Position numbers and translations under genes: made by a program. Shown here in pieces: positions 50,528 through 60,913 of a DNA stretch of 64,000 bases. The stretch is from Vulcanimicrobiota bacterium (GTDB lineage Bacteria > Vulcanimicrobiota > Vulcanimicrobiia > Eremiobacterales > Eremiobacteraceae). The stretch is from NCBI GenBank assembly GCA_963812135.1, contig CAWETU010000001.1, positions 2,048,001 to 2,112,000 on the forward strand, given 5' to 3'. Under the pieces are notes generated by a model. That model saw nothing but the letters and a program-made list of their open reading frames with translations, made no database searches and was not told the DNA's origin. Position 1 is the first letter of the stretch, and the number at the start of each line of letters is the position of its first letter.

Positions 50528-53103
50528 TACGCCGGCGCGGCCGCCACCTCTTCGGTCGTGAACGCTTCGATCACATCGCCTTCTTTGATGTCGTTGTAGT
50601 TCTCGATCGACAGGCCGAGCTCGTAGCCCTCGGCGACCTCGCGGACGTCATCCTTGAAGCGCTTGAGCGACGCGAGCTTGCCTTCGTACACGACGACGCT
50701 GTCGCGCAGCACGCGCACGCCGGAGTCGCGCGTGATCTTGCCCGACTTGACGTAGGCGCCGGCGATCGTGCCGACCTTGCTGACTTTGAAGAGCTTGCGC
50801 ACTTCGACTTGACCGAGCACGACCTCGCGCGTCTGCGGCTTGAGCATGCCTGCGATGGCCGCCTTGACGTCGTCGATGACGTTGTAAATGACGTCGTACA
50901 ACCGGATATCGACGCCTTCCGATTCGGCTTTGCGCGATATCGTGGCGTCGGGCCGGATGTTGAAGCCGATGATGATCGCGTTGGACGCGCTGGCCAGCAT
51001 GACGTCGGACTCGTTGATGCCGCCGACGCCGGTGTGGATGACGCGCGTGCGCACCTCATCGTTCGCGAGGCCGTCAAGCTGCGACTTGAGCGCCTCGACC
51101 GAGCCTTGCGCATCGGTCTTGATGATGAGGTTGAGGTCCTTGATGCCGCCTTCTTTGGCTTGCGCCAAGAAGCCGTCGAGCGTCACGGTGCGCTTGGCGG
51201 TGGCCATGCGCTGCTCGCGCTTGCGCTGCGAACGTTTAGCGGCGAGCTCACGCGCGTCGCGTTCGTCCGAAACGACTTCCATAATATCGCCTGCGGCGGG
51301 CACATCGGACAAGCCCATGATCTCGGCCGGGATGGCCGGTCCCGCGCGCTTGATGGCTTCGAGCTTGTCGTCGAACAGCGCGCGCACGCGACCCCAGGTG
51401 GATCCGACGACGACGATGTCGCCGACGCGCAACGTGCCGTTCTTGACGAGCACGGTGGCGACCGGACCACGCGCCTTGTCGAGGCGCGCTTCGATGATCA
51501 CGCCTTGGGCGCGGCGGCTCTTGTTCGCCTTGAGGTCCAACAGGTCGGCGTTGAGCAACACCATCTCGAGCAGTTCGTCGATGCCGGTCTTCTGCTTGGC
51601 CGAAACGGGTATGAATTGCGTCGTTCCGCCATATTCTTCCGGCGCGAGCCCAAGGTCCGACAGCTGTTGCTTGACGCGATCTGGATTCGCATCGGGGCGG
51701 TCCATCTTATTGATGGCGACGACGATCGGCACGCCCGCCGCTTTCGCGTGGTTCATCGCTTCGATGGTCTGCGGCATGACGCCGTCGTCGGCGGCGACCA
51801 CAAGGATCGCGACGTCGGTGACTTTGGCGCCGCGCGCGCGCATCTCGGTGAACGCTTCGTGGCCGGGCGTGTCGATGAACGTGACTTTGCGGTCGCCCGT
51901 CTCAACCGTGTAGGCGCCGATGCGCTGCGTGATGCCGCCCGCCTCGCCCGCCGCCACCTTCGTGGAACGGATGGCGTCGAGCAGCGACGTCTTGCCGTGG
52001 TCAACGTGGCCGAGCACGGTGACGACCGGCGGCCGCGTGGTGAGCGAACCCGGCGGATCCGCCTCGACGACGATCTCCGGCGCGGCTTCTTCGCCGACTT
52101 CCTTGACGATCGTGTTGAAGCCGAAGCGGCGCGCCACTTGGCTGGCGACGTCGGGCGTGATGTGCTGATTGATGGTCGCCATCGTGCCCATGCGGATGAG
52201 CTGCGCGATGACTTGGCCCGCCGGCGTCTCCATCGCGGCGGCGAGCTGCTGCACGGTGATGAGGTCGGGAATCGGCAGATCCTTGAGGATCTCCGGTTCG
52301 GTGACCGTCGCGCCGACTTGCGCCGCGCGCGATCTCGGCTGCTGTTTCTTGAGCAGCGACTCGCGTTCGCGCTCTTTGCGGTCGCGCTCGAGCTCTTCGC
52401 GTGACTTCTTGCGCCCGCCACTCGGCGGGGCGCTCGGCATCGGGCCGGATTGCACCATGCCGCGGCCTGGACCGCCGGGGCCACCAGGGCGGCCGGCGCC
52501 TGGACCACCGGGGCGCGAGAATCCGGGGCGCGGACCAACACCGCGACCACCGAGCGGCTGCGGACCTGGACGAAGGTTGCCGCCGAGCGGACGTTGCGGC
52601 GGACGAGGCGGCGCAACTGCGCCCGCTTGCGCTGCGGGCCGTAGCGTCGGAATCGGCGCGGTTGGATCGGCCGATGCGGCCGGTATGACTTTGGGCGCCG
52701 GCGCAGGACGAGGCGCTGGGCGCGGCTGCTTTTGCGCAGGCGGCACTACGCGCAAGCGCACGACCGGCTCTTCGGGAATGACGGGGGCGGATGGCTGAGC
52801 GGGTGCTGGCGTCACGGCAGCGGTGGATTGCGCCGGCGGCGCGACAGGCGGCGGCGCAACTGCTTGTGCAGCGGCGGCGCCATTGCCCGTTGCGGGGGCG
52901 CTCTTCTTGGGGGCGATCTTGACGCGCTTTGCCTCTTCGGCGAGATTGCCCGTGAGCACGCCCTTGACGATCCGCGCGCGGTGCTCGTCGATCAGGCTCA
53001 TGTGCGTTGAGGCGGAAATGCCGACCTTGCTCAGGAGCGCGATCGTCTCCTGACTTGAGAGGTTGAGCTCTTTTGCGAGCTCATGTACTCGAACTCCAGC
53101 CAT
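50527..53103 (-). CDS. infB: Translation initiation factor IF-2
   Basis: [46 protein letters not shown]. Confidence 0.97.
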   Translation of the reverse strand: MAGVRVHELAKELNLSSQETIALLSKVGISASTHMSLIDEHRARIVKGVLTGNLAEEAKRVKIAPKKSAPATGNGAAAAQAVAPPPVAPPAQSTAAVTPAPAQPSAPVIPEEPVVRLRVVPPAQKQPRPAPRPAPAPKVIPAASADPTAPIPTLRPAAQAGAVAPPRPPQRPLGGNLRPGPQPLGGRGVGPRPGFSRPGGPGAGRPGGPGGPGRGMVQSGPMPSAPPSGGRKKSREELERDRKERERESLLKKQQPRSRAAQVGATVTEPEILKDLPIPDLITVQQLAAAMETPAGQVIAQLIRMGTMATINQHITPDVASQVARRFGFNTIVKEVGEEAAPEIVVEADPPGSLTTRPPVVTVLGHVDHGKTSLLDAIRSTKVAAGEAGGITQRIGAYTVETGDRKVTFIDTPGHEAFTEMRARGAKVTDVAILVVAADDGVMPQTIEAMNHAKAAGVPIVVAINKMDRPDANPDRVKQQLSDLGLAPEEYGGTTQFIPVSAKQKTGIDELLEMVLLNADLLDLKANKSRRAQGVIIEARLDKARGPVATVLVKNGTLRVGDIVVVGSTWGRVRALFDDKLEAIKRAGPAIPAEIMGLSDVPAAGDIMEVVSDERDARELAAKRSQRKREQRMATAKRTVTLDGFLAQAKEGGIKDLNLIIKTDAQGSVEALKSQLDGLANDEVRTRVIHTGVGGINESDVMLASASNAIIIGFNIRPDATISRKAESEGVDIRLYDVIYNVIDDVKAAIAGMLKPQTREVVLGQVEVRKLFKVSKVGTIAGAYVKSGKITRDSGVRVLRDSVVVYEGKLASLKRFKDDVREVAEGYELGLSIENYNDIKEGDVIEAFTTEEVAAAPA

Positions 53104-53124
53104 GTGTCCGGCCGCCACAGCGGC

Positions 53125-53390
53125 CTACTCGTTTCCTTTCATCGTATCGGGCCAGGCGGTGGGCGGGATGTCCGCCGTCGCCAGGCCTTTGTATTTCTTG
53201 TTCTTCTTCACGCGCTCGACGCACTGCGGCGAGCATAGGTACGCGCCCCTGCCGTCGCTGCGCGCCTCCGGATCGGCGCTCCAGCGCCCATCCGCGACCC
53301 GCACGAAGCGCAGCAGATGCCGTTTTTCGCGACGCGTGCGGCATCCAACGCATTGCCGGATCGGTACGCGTTCGGATTCCGCGAGATCAT
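53125..53390 (-). CDS. YlxR/RnpM family protein (start uncertain, possible 1-nt deletion near 53372)
   Basis: PIRQCVGCR, LLRFV, GRGAYLC...C between nusA and infB. Confidence 0.85.
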
Positions 53391-54742
53391 TCGGTTGCGC
53401 CAGTCTTTTCGGCGTCGTCGGCGGCATCCTCCGTAGCCTCGGGTTGGGCATCGCCGTCGCTGCCGGCCTCCGCGCCGCTCTCGGTGCGCTGCAGTTCTTG
53501 CAGACGGCGGATCAAATCTTCGTCCTGTGCGAGCATCTCGGGCGTCAGGTCGACGCCGGACTCTTGCGCGGCCGCTTCGGCCATCGCGGCGAGCTCCTCA
53601 GACTCTTGCTCTTCTTCGACGCGCTGCGAGACGACCTTGGTCCACTGCTCTTCGTTGTGGATGTCGATGCGCCAGCCGGTGAGCCGCGCTGCGAGCCGCA
53701 CGTTTTGGCCTTCTTTGCCGATCGCCAGCGACAGCTGGTGGTCCGGCACGACCGCTTCAGCCAGATGTTGGCGCTCGCTCAAGTGGACTTGGATGACTTT
53801 GGCGGGCTGCAGCGCGTTGGCGACGTACGTGGCCGTGTCGGCCGCCCATTGGATCACGTCGATCTTCTCGCCGTGCAGCTCATCGCTGATGTTGTTGATG
53901 CGCGAACTGCGCGGACCAAGACAGGCGCCGACCGCGTCGATGTCCTCTTCGTCCGTCCAGACCGACACTTTGGAGCGCGAGCCGGGTTCGCGTGCGATAT
54001 CTTTGAGCTCGACCAGACCCTGCGCGACTTCGGGGATCTCGGTTTCGAACAGCCGGCGCACGACGTTCGGATGCGTGCGCGACACGACGATCTGCGGGCC
54101 CTTGTTGGTCTTGCGCGCTTCCATCACGTAGACGCGCACGCGCGAGCCGATGCGGAACGATTCGTGCGGCACTTGCTCGGACAGCGGCAGGATGGCTTCG
54201 GCTTTTCCGAGGTCGATGAACATGTTGCGCTGCTCGTAGCGCAGCACCGTGCCGCTGATCATGTGATCGATGCGATCGTTATACTCGTCGAACACGAGAT
54301 CGCGCTCCGCCTCGCGGATGCGCTGCACGATGACCTGCTTGGCCGTCTGCGCGGCGATGCGTCCGAATTCTTTGGGCGTCACTTCGATGTCGAAATTGTC
54401 GCCGATCTTGTACTTGTCGCCGGCCTCAGCCGGGCTGATCTCGATCAGCGGGTCGGTGACCTCTTCGACGACCGTGCGGCGCGCGAACACTCGATACGAA
54501 CCATCTTCGCGATCGACGATCACGACAGGATTGCCGTGCGCTTCGGCCTCGCGGGCGAAATTGCGCTTGTACGCGGACACCAGCGCGGCTTCTAAGGCGT
54601 CGATCAGGACAGCGAACGATAAGCCCCGGTCGCGCTCCAGATCGTGGAGGGCCGCGATGAGCTCCGGATTCGGTTGCGCGGGTGCTGCGACGGCCGAGCC
54701 GTTGGATGCCGCCGTCTTCTTTGCGGTTTTCCGAGGTGCCAT
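53387..54742 (-). CDS. nusA: Transcription termination factor NusA
   Basis: FGRIAAQTAKQ, VSRTHP, AREPG.RSK, SLAIGKEGQNVRLAARLTGWRIDI. Confidence 0.97.
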   Translation of the reverse strand: MAPRKTAKKTAASNGSAVAAPAQPNPELIAALHDLERDRGLSFAVLIDALEAALVSAYKRNFAREAEAHGNPVVIVDREDGSYRVFARRTVVEEVTDPLIEISPAEAGDKYKIGDNFDIEVTPKEFGRIAAQTAKQVIVQRIREAERDLVFDEYNDRIDHMISGTVLRYEQRNMFIDLGKAEAILPLSEQVPHESFRIGSRVRVYVMEARKTNKGPQIVVSRTHPNVVRRLFETEIPEVAQGLVELKDIAREPGSRSKVSVWTDEEDIDAVGACLGPRSSRINNISDELHGEKIDVIQWAADTATYVANALQPAKVIQVHLSERQHLAEAVVPDHQLSLAIGKEGQNVRLAARLTGWRIDIHNEEQWTKVVSQRVEEEQESEELAAMAEAAAQESGVDLTPEMLAQDEDLIRRLQELQRTESGAEAGSDGDAQPEATEDAADDAEKTGATE

Positions 54743-54767
54743 GACGGTGTGCTTTAGTCCCCTAGGA

Positions 54768-54798
54768 GAAACGAAAGGAGTGGGCTGTCCCACTCCTC
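54768..54798 (-). promoter_or_regulatory. rimP-leader-like attenuator hairpin upstream of nusA
   Basis: AGGAGTGGG-ACAG-CCCACTCCT followed by TTCGTTT (weak U tract). Confidence 0.6.
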
Positions 54799-54865
54799 AC
54801 GGAGAATACACTCGTAGTTTACCATATGCGCCGTCCCGGCGCAAGCGTCACGGGACCGTCAACGG

Positions 54866-55342
54866 TTAGAGCCAGCGGCCGACTTTTTCTTTATATCCGA
54901 GGTACTGCTCGCCGAAACGGCGCTCCAGATAACGCTCTTCGGCGGCGATGACTGAGTAGCGAATGATGAGCATGACGGGCATCAAGAAGATAAGCATCCA
55001 GCCGGACTGCATAAGCGCCGCCACACCGAGATAGAACAGCGTCAGTCCGAGATAGAGCGGGTTGCGCGTGCGGCTATAGATCCCCGACGTCATCAGCGCG
55101 GTGACCGGTTCCCGCGGGCTCACGGGCGTGCGCGCCGCGCGGAACATCGGCAGCGCGCCGATCCAGAGCGCGAGCCATCCGATCAGAAAGATCGTGGCGA
55201 GCGGCCAGCGTGCGGGACCGAGCGGGATGTGCAGCGGCACGAATCGCTCCAGCACTAGCCCGGCCAGCAAGCCGGCGAGATAGATGAACGGCGGCGGGAA
55301 ACGGACGCCCGCGTTGTCGGTTGGCGCGGCGGCACTCATCAC
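54866..55342 (-). CDS. Isoprenylcysteine carboxylmethyltransferase-family protein
   Basis: PPPFIY, GIYSRTRNPLYLG, EERYLERRFGEQY..Y...V.RWL. Confidence 0.85.
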   Translation of the reverse strand: MMSAAAPTDNAGVRFPPPFIYLAGLLAGLVLERFVPLHIPLGPARWPLATIFLIGWLALWIGALPMFRAARTPVSPREPVTALMTSGIYSRTRNPLYLGLTLFYLGVAALMQSGWMLIFLMPVMLIIRYSVIAAEERYLERRFGEQYLGYKEKVGRWL

Positions 55343-55827
55343 TTGCGCTTCTTCTTGAGATCGTCAGCGGGCTCGTAGACAAGATTGGCGCGCTTGATGG
55401 CGGCGTATGGGATCTCTACCGCGCCTGCGTAGCGGTCCGCGATGGTGACCTTTTCGTCGTCGGCCGCGTCGAGCTTGCCGGTGAACTCCACGCGATTGCT
55501 GATGCGCAGTTTGGTGATGATGCGCGCGTCGCGCCCGAAGAAGCGTTTGAAGTGCGCCGGTGTGAGCAGCGGGCGGTCGAGGCCTGCGGAGGCGACTTCG
55601 ATCGTGTACGGTCCGACGACCCCGCCCAGCCCTTCGACGCGGTGATCGATGTAGCGCGTGAGCTGTTCGCACAGCGCGATATCGACGCCGCCGTCGCGAT
55701 CGACCGTCACGGCCAGCGCGTACGCGCCGCGCTCGCGGCGCGCGCTCGCCTTGAGGACCTCGATCGACGGAAACTCCGTCGCGATGCCATGCAGAATCGA
55801 ATCGAGATTTTCTATCGTGCTCGACAT
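55339..55827 (-). CDS. rimP: Ribosome maturation factor RimP
   Basis: DRDGGVDI..C, YTIEVASAGLDRPL, IKRANL. Confidence 0.88.
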   Translation of the reverse strand: MSSTIENLDSILHGIATEFPSIEVLKASARRERGAYALAVTVDRDGGVDIALCEQLTRYIDHRVEGLGGVVGPYTIEVASAGLDRPLLTPAHFKRFFGRDARIITKLRISNRVEFTGKLDAADDEKVTIADRYAGAVEIPYAAIKRANLVYEPADDLKKKRK

Positions 55828-55828
55828 G

Positions 55829-56554
55829 TCAATGCGGGGGCGCGATGGTGAAACCGGCCTCGCGCAGTGCTGCCGTCACCGCGAGCGCGATTCCGGCTGC
55901 GCCGGGCGTGTCGCCGTGGATGCAGAGCGTTTGCACGCGGCCGCTGCGCGCAAGATCGAGGGCCTGGTTCGCGCAGCGCACCGGGTCGGAGATCAGTGCT
56001 CCCTTGAGCGTACGCGAGCGCAGCGAACCGTCGGGCTCGTACGCCCGGTCGCAAAATCCCTCGGCGGCCGTTTTTAGGCCCGCTTCGTCGCCGGCGGCGA
56101 GCAGCGCCGAACCCGGTAGGCCGACAAGCGTGAGGGGGACGTCAGCGCGCGCGACCGCGCGGGCGATCGCTTTAGCGATCGTTTCGCGGCGCGACGCATC
56201 ATTATAGAGCGCACCGTGCGGCTTGACGTGATGCAGCTTCGCGCCATACGAGTCGACGAACGCGATCAGCGCGCCGATCTGATAGAGCACGCCCGACTCG
56301 ACATCGTCGGGTGAGATCTCCATGCTGCGCCGGCCGAAACCCGCGAGGTCGGGATATGAAGGATGGGCACCGATGGCGACGCCGCGCTGCGTGGCGGCGC
56401 ACACGGTCGCGTCGATCGTCGATGGGTCGCCGGCGTGGAACCCGCAGGCGATGTTCGCCGAGCTGACGAGGTCCAGCAGCGCGTCGTCGTCGCCCATGCG
56501 CCACGCCCCGTATGACTCGCCGATGTCGCAGTTCAGATCGATCGTTTTTTCCAT
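55829..56554 (-). CDS. pxpA: 5-oxoprolinase subunit PxpA (LamB/YcsF)
   Basis: IDLNCDIGES, ANIACGFHAGDP, HVKPHGALYN, CIHGDTP. Confidence 0.92.
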   Translation of the reverse strand: MEKTIDLNCDIGESYGAWRMGDDDALLDLVSSANIACGFHAGDPSTIDATVCAATQRGVAIGAHPSYPDLAGFGRRSMEISPDDVESGVLYQIGALIAFVDSYGAKLHHVKPHGALYNDASRRETIAKAIARAVARADVPLTLVGLPGSALLAAGDEAGLKTAAEGFCDRAYEPDGSLRSRTLKGALISDPVRCANQALDLARSGRVQTLCIHGDTPGAAGIALAVTAALREAGFTIAPPH

Positions 56555-56555
56555 G

Positions 56556-57525
56556 TCAGCATTCGTCAGCGGAGTCGAGCGTGCGCCGCAGCCCGCGCAG
56601 CGCGTGCACCGCATCGGCCTGCGACGCGAGCGCAAACCGCACGACATCACCGGGGCGCAACTGTCCGGCGCGCGGTGTATCCGCCGCGATGATACACGCC
56701 GCGGTTGCGTAGCCGCCCGTCGTCTGGTGCTCCGCGAGCAGGATCACGGGCAGCCCGGCGCTCGTTACTTGAACGCATCCCGCATACGCACCCGCTGAGA
56801 TGACATCGGTCGGACGCTCGAGCTCGATGGCGTCTCCTTCTAACTGCACGCCTTGGCGAGTCGAACGGCTGGAGACGCCGTACGAGCGCGCGAGTAACTC
56901 CTGCCACGCACGATCGGAGAGCGACGATCGGTGCGGGCCGGGCAGCACGCGCAGTATGGCCGATGGATCCCACCTTGGGATGGCTTGGGGCGGATAGGCG
57001 AACTGCGCGACGCCGGGCTTCGCTCTGTGCGACACGCGAGCTCCGCTCGGGTTCTACATTTAAGAGGTCGCCCGCCCGCAGCGCGCGGCCTTGGTATCCG
57101 CCGAAGCCCGCGCCAAGATCGGTCGACGCGCTGCCGAGCACGAGCGGTACTTCGATGCCGCCCTCGACCCCGAGGTACGACCGCGCGCCGCATTCGGCCG
57201 GCCCTATAGAGATGCGCGCCCCTGCCCGGACGTCGTGCGAGCGCCATGCATGCGCGGTCGCGCCGTCGATGGTCAGCGGCGCAAACGCGCCGGTGATCGC
57301 GATCCTCGCATCGCACGATATTTCGAAGCTCGCGCCAAGCAGCGTCGTCTCGATGACCGCCGCGCCCGCCGCGTTTCCGACAAGCAGATTTGCGGCACGT
57401 GCGCTGAACCAATCGACCGCGCCCGAGGGCGACACGCCAAAGCGCGCGACATCGCGCCGTCCATCGTCTTGCACGGTGGATTGAAGGCCCGGGTTGATCA
57501 CGCGCAGCGTGCGCGGAGCCGTCAC
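56556..57525 (-). CDS. pxpC: 5-oxoprolinase subunit PxpC (+1 frameshift within ~57005-57055)
   Basis: PGLQSTVQD.GR, ANLLVGN, GARSYL, LGSASTD; second frame LRVLPGP, G.VQV, QTTGGY. Confidence 0.85.
57034..57057 (-). repeat. GTAG-tagged palindrome, family B, inside the pxpC linker
   Basis: GTAG-A-ACCCGAGC-GGA-GCTCGCGT, translated VEPERSSR. Confidence 0.6.
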
Positions 57526-58199
57526 CACGTGAGCTCCGCCATCGCGTCCGCGATCTTCTTGACCGGCGCAAACCGCACTTCGTCGCCGGGCGCGAACAGC
57601 GCGGCGGGTTCGCGCGCCGGATCGAAGACCGTCGCGCGAGTCTGGCCCAAGAGGCGCCACCCGCCGGGCGAGCTGCGAGGATAGATGCCGCATTGGGTGC
57701 CGGCGATCGCGACGCTGCCCGCTGGAACGCGATCGCGCGGCTTGCTTAAGCGCGGCGCGCCCAGCTGGGCGGGCAGCCCCATCAGGTACGGAAATCCGGC
57801 GATGAAACCGAGGAACGCCACCCGGTATTCCGCGGCGCAGAGCTGTTTGACGTACGCGGCCGGGGAAAGTCCCGACTCGCTCGCGGTCTCGTCCAAATCC
57901 TCGCCATACTCGCCGCCGAAACACACGCCGACGCGGATGCTCCGCGGAGTGAGGATCACGTGGTCGGCGCTCTCGTTCACGACGCCCCGCATGCATGCGA
58001 GCGCGAGCGCGAGATCCAGCCGCGAAAGGTCGACGCGCACGAGCACAGAGGCGTAGGCAGCGACCACGTCGAGCGCGCTCTCGCCGAACCGTTCGCGCGC
58101 CAGCGCCGCGATCGCCCAAGCGCGCCGGGTTGTGGCGAGGTCGATCGTGTCGCCGAGTTTGGCGATGACGGCGGCGTCGCCGGCCGGTTCGACGGTCAT
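57522..58199 (-). CDS. pxpB: 5-oxoprolinase subunit PxpB
   Basis: GDAA, YGEDL, FLGF.AGFPYL, VPAGSVAIAG...GIYP.SSPGGWRLLG. Confidence 0.9.
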   Translation of the reverse strand: MTVEPAGDAAVIAKLGDTIDLATTRRAWAIAALARERFGESALDVVAAYASVLVRVDLSRLDLALALACMRGVVNESADHVILTPRSIRVGVCFGGEYGEDLDETASESGLSPAAYVKQLCAAEYRVAFLGFIAGFPYLMGLPAQLGAPRLSKPRDRVPAGSVAIAGTQCGIYPRSSPGGWRLLGQTRATVFDPAREPAALFAPGDEVRFAPVKKIADAMAELTW

Positions 58200-58207
58200 G
58201 TCGCGCT

Positions 58208-58231
58208 CGGTCGAATGAGTTCGACCGCTAC
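58208..58231 (-). repeat. REP-like palindrome, family A
   Basis: CGGTCGAA-TGAG-TTCGACCG-CTAC in a 53-bp divergent intergenic gap. Confidence 0.8.
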
Positions 58232-58252
58232 GCCGGCGAAGCACGGGCGTCC

Positions 58253-60058
58253 ATGGCGACGAAGCTTCATTTCTCTCCGCGGCCCAATCGAGCGGCCGAC
58301 ATCAACTGGCAACCGTGGAGTCCCGATGCGTTCGAGCGGGCCGAGGCCGAGCACAAACCGGTACTGCTGGCCATCTCCGCGGTGTGGTGCCATTGGTGTC
58401 ACGTGATGGACGAGACCTCGTACTCGGATCCTGCAGTGATCGATACGATCAATCAGCGTTTCGTGCCGTTGCGGGTCGACAATGATCAGCGTCCCGACGT
58501 CAACGCGCGCTACAACATGGGCGGCTGGCCGACCACCGTCATCCTCACGCCCGAGGGCGAGATTCTGCGCGGGGGCACTTACATTCCGCCGGAGGCGATG
58601 CTTCCATTTCTCCAACAGGTGGCCGACCTGTACGAGGAGCCGGCCAACCGGCTTGAGTTCGCGCGCCGGATCGCGGAATTGAAGGCGAAGCGGACCTCTA
58701 GGCCAGCGGCGGTCTCGGGCGAGCTCGACGCGGAGGCGCCGCAGTTCGTGCTCGGCGCCTTGTCCGAAGCGTTTGACGATGATTACGGCGGTTTCGGGAC
58801 GGAGCCCAAGTTCCCGCAGACCGACGTGCTCCATTTCTTGCTCGATTCGTTCGCCCGCAAGCCCGAGGGCCGCACGCAGACGATGGTCCAGATGACCTTG
58901 CGCGCCTTTGCGGGCGGCGGGATGTACGACCACGTCGAGGGCGGCTTCTTCCGCTATTCGACGACGCGCGATTTCAGCGTGCCGCATTTCGAGAAGATGC
59001 TCGAGGATTTGGGCGGGCTCTTGCTCGCATGCGCTCGCGCCAGCGCGCTGTTCGGCGATGCGGCGCTCGGCCGGGTCGCCGCCGACGTGAAGCGCTACAT
59101 GGACGCGACGCTCTGGAACCCGCAACGGCAGGGCTACGGCGGCAGCCAGGACGCGGATGAGGAATATTACCGGCTTGATAAAGACGGTCGATTAAAATCG
59201 ACCGCTCCCTATGTGGATCCTATCATCTATACGTCGTGGAACGCAGAGGCGGCGCGCGCGCTGATCGTCGGCGGGCCGCTGCTCGCGCAGAGCGGCGTCG
59301 ATGCAGCAGCGTGGATCGCGCGCGGGCTTGAGATCCTGGAGATGCTCTGGTCGACGGCGCTCGTCGACGGGCTTATGACGCGGTATTTCGACGGCACCGC
59401 GCACGTGCGCGGTCTGCTCGGCGATCAGACGTGGAGCGCATGGGCCGCCCTTGCAGCGTTCTCAGCGACCGGCGACGTGCGGTGGTTGGCGCGCGCGCAG
59501 GCGTTGGTCGACACATCGAACGAGCTGTTCGACCAGGCCGCCGGCGCGTATCGGGATCGGGCGCCGCACGCGGTGGACGCCGGGCGATTGAGCGAGCCTA
59601 TCTTCCCCATGCCTGAGAACGCGCTCATGGCGCGCTCGCTGCTCGCGCTGAGCGCGTTCACCGGCGACGAGCGTTTCACGGAGCGGGCGCGGCTGGTGCT
59701 CGATCATTTCGCGCCCTCCTATAAGAAGATGGGCGCCTTCGCGGCGCCGTATGCGTCGGCGGTGCTCGACGCCGTCGAACCGCCCTACGACGTCAAGCTC
59801 GTCGGCGAGCCATCGTCGCCCGCCGCGCGCGACCTGCGGGACCGCTTGCTCGCCGTCGCGTCCCCGCCGCTGCGCATCAACGTCGTGGATCCGCGCGACG
59901 AGGCGCGCATGCGCGCAGCCGCGCTCGAGGGCGTCGCGGAGCCGACCGCCTTCGTGTGTCGCGGCGCGGCGTGTTTCGCGAAGGCAACGTCCGCGGAGGA
60001 CGTGATCGCGGCTATCGGTCGAATAAATCCGACCACTCCATCAATGCCGCTATCTTAA
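58253..60058 (+). CDS. Thioredoxin-domain protein, YyaL/SPATA20 (DUF255) family
   Basis: WCHWCHVM, GGWPTT, GGFG..PKFP, GGFFRYS, PHFEKML, DAD. Confidence 0.9.
   Translation: MATKLHFSPRPNRAADINWQPWSPDAFERAEAEHKPVLLAISAVWCHWCHVMDETSYSDPAVIDTINQRFVPLRVDNDQRPDVNARYNMGGWPTTVILTPEGEILRGGTYIPPEAMLPFLQQVADLYEEPANRLEFARRIAELKAKRTSRPAAVSGELDAEAPQFVLGALSEAFDDDYGGFGTEPKFPQTDVLHFLLDSFARKPEGRTQTMVQMTLRAFAGGGMYDHVEGGFFRYSTTRDFSVPHFEKMLEDLGGLLLACARASALFGDAALGRVAADVKRYMDATLWNPQRQGYGGSQDADEEYYRLDKDGRLKSTAPYVDPIIYTSWNAEAARALIVGGPLLAQSGVDAAAWIARGLEILEMLWSTALVDGLMTRYFDGTAHVRGLLGDQTWSAWAALAAFSATGDVRWLARAQALVDTSNELFDQAAGAYRDRAPHAVDAGRLSEPIFPMPENALMARSLLALSAFTGDERFTERARLVLDHFAPSYKKMGAFAAPYASAVLDAVEPPYDVKLVGEPSSPAARDLRDRLLAVASPPLRINVVDPRDEARMRAAALEGVAEPTAFVCRGAACFAKATSAEDVIAAIGRINPTTPSMPLS
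60016..60039 (-). repeat. Degenerate REP-like palindrome, family A, inside coding sequence
   Basis: CGGTCGAATAAATCCGACCA-CTCC translated GRINPTTP at the protein C-terminus. Confidence 0.65.
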
Positions 60059-60214
60059 TGCGCTCGTCCCGGACCTGCGGCTCAAATGCTACATATGACG
60101 AGCCGAAAAATATTTTAGTGATTCGTTTCGGCAAGACGAGGAAAACTTCAAGCGCCTGGCCGAACCGAATGCACTTCGCAAGGTTCCGCACAACCGACGT
60201 TCGCCTACACTCGG

Positions 60215-60868
60215 TTGTGCTCTATCGTTCAGACGCTTATTGTGGAGGCACGCGTGCTACAAGAATTGCGAGTCGACGTCGACGTCACCGATATTCGATC
60301 TGCAATCCGCGAGCGGCTGAGAGAATACGACGACGGCGGACGCGAGGCGCGCACGAATGCCGAGCGCGCGGACAATGCGTGGCGCGTCGTGCAGAACATG
60401 TTAGCCGAAGAGCTCGCCGAGCTCAACGACGGGCTCGCGAGCGAAGCGAAAATCACCGAAAAAGACCGCTTGGCGTTGCCGGACGGCAGCCAGGCGATCG
60501 ACATCGTGTACCGGGACCACAAGTTCTCGATCGTGCGGCCCAAAGACAAGCGCCATCTGGCTTTGGTGGACCCCTCGGCGGGCACTATGCCCATCGAAAA
60601 CCTCGGCAGCAAGCTGTTCATCGCGGGCGAGCCCATCGCCGCCGGTCTACTGCGTGCGATCAACCGGCTCGTCGAACGCGCGACCGCCGGCGTCAACAGT
60701 CATCCGAAGAACGATCACCACTACATGGCGTTGGAGCTGCCCGCGGCAAGCGCGGCGAAGATCGAAGCCGCGCTCAATCTCGCGCGCGACAACGGCTACC
60801 GGTTCGTGGAGTCGTATCGCGGGCAGAGCAAGACGCGCCGCGTGTTCTTATTCGAGACGCTCGAATAG
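60215..60868 (+). CDS. Hypothetical protein
   Basis: 217-aa ORF with coding-like composition; start uncertain. Confidence 0.6.
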   Translation: MCSIVQTLIVEARVLQELRVDVDVTDIRSAIRERLREYDDGGREARTNAERADNAWRVVQNMLAEELAELNDGLASEAKITEKDRLALPDGSQAIDIVYRDHKFSIVRPKDKRHLALVDPSAGTMPIENLGSKLFIAGEPIAAGLLRAINRLVERATAGVNSHPKNDHHYMALELPAASAAKIEAALNLARDNGYRFVESYRGQSKTRRVFLFETLE

Positions 60869-60888
60869 CTCCAGACGAGTGAACGCGA

Positions 60889-60912
60889 CGGTCGAATAAA
60901 TTCGACCGCTAC
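60889..60912 (-). repeat. REP-like palindrome, family A
   Basis: Consensus copy 1 nt after the DUF1232 gene stop. Confidence 0.85.
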
Positions 60913-60913
60913 A

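Noticed and set aside
52430..52900. Gly/Pro/Ala low-complexity repeats
   Set aside because: Normal variable N-terminal region of IF-2
50809..54595. Long antisense ORFs opposite infB and nusA (also opposite the sulfatase and M48 genes)
   Set aside because: Typical high-GC shadow frames of well-supported genes
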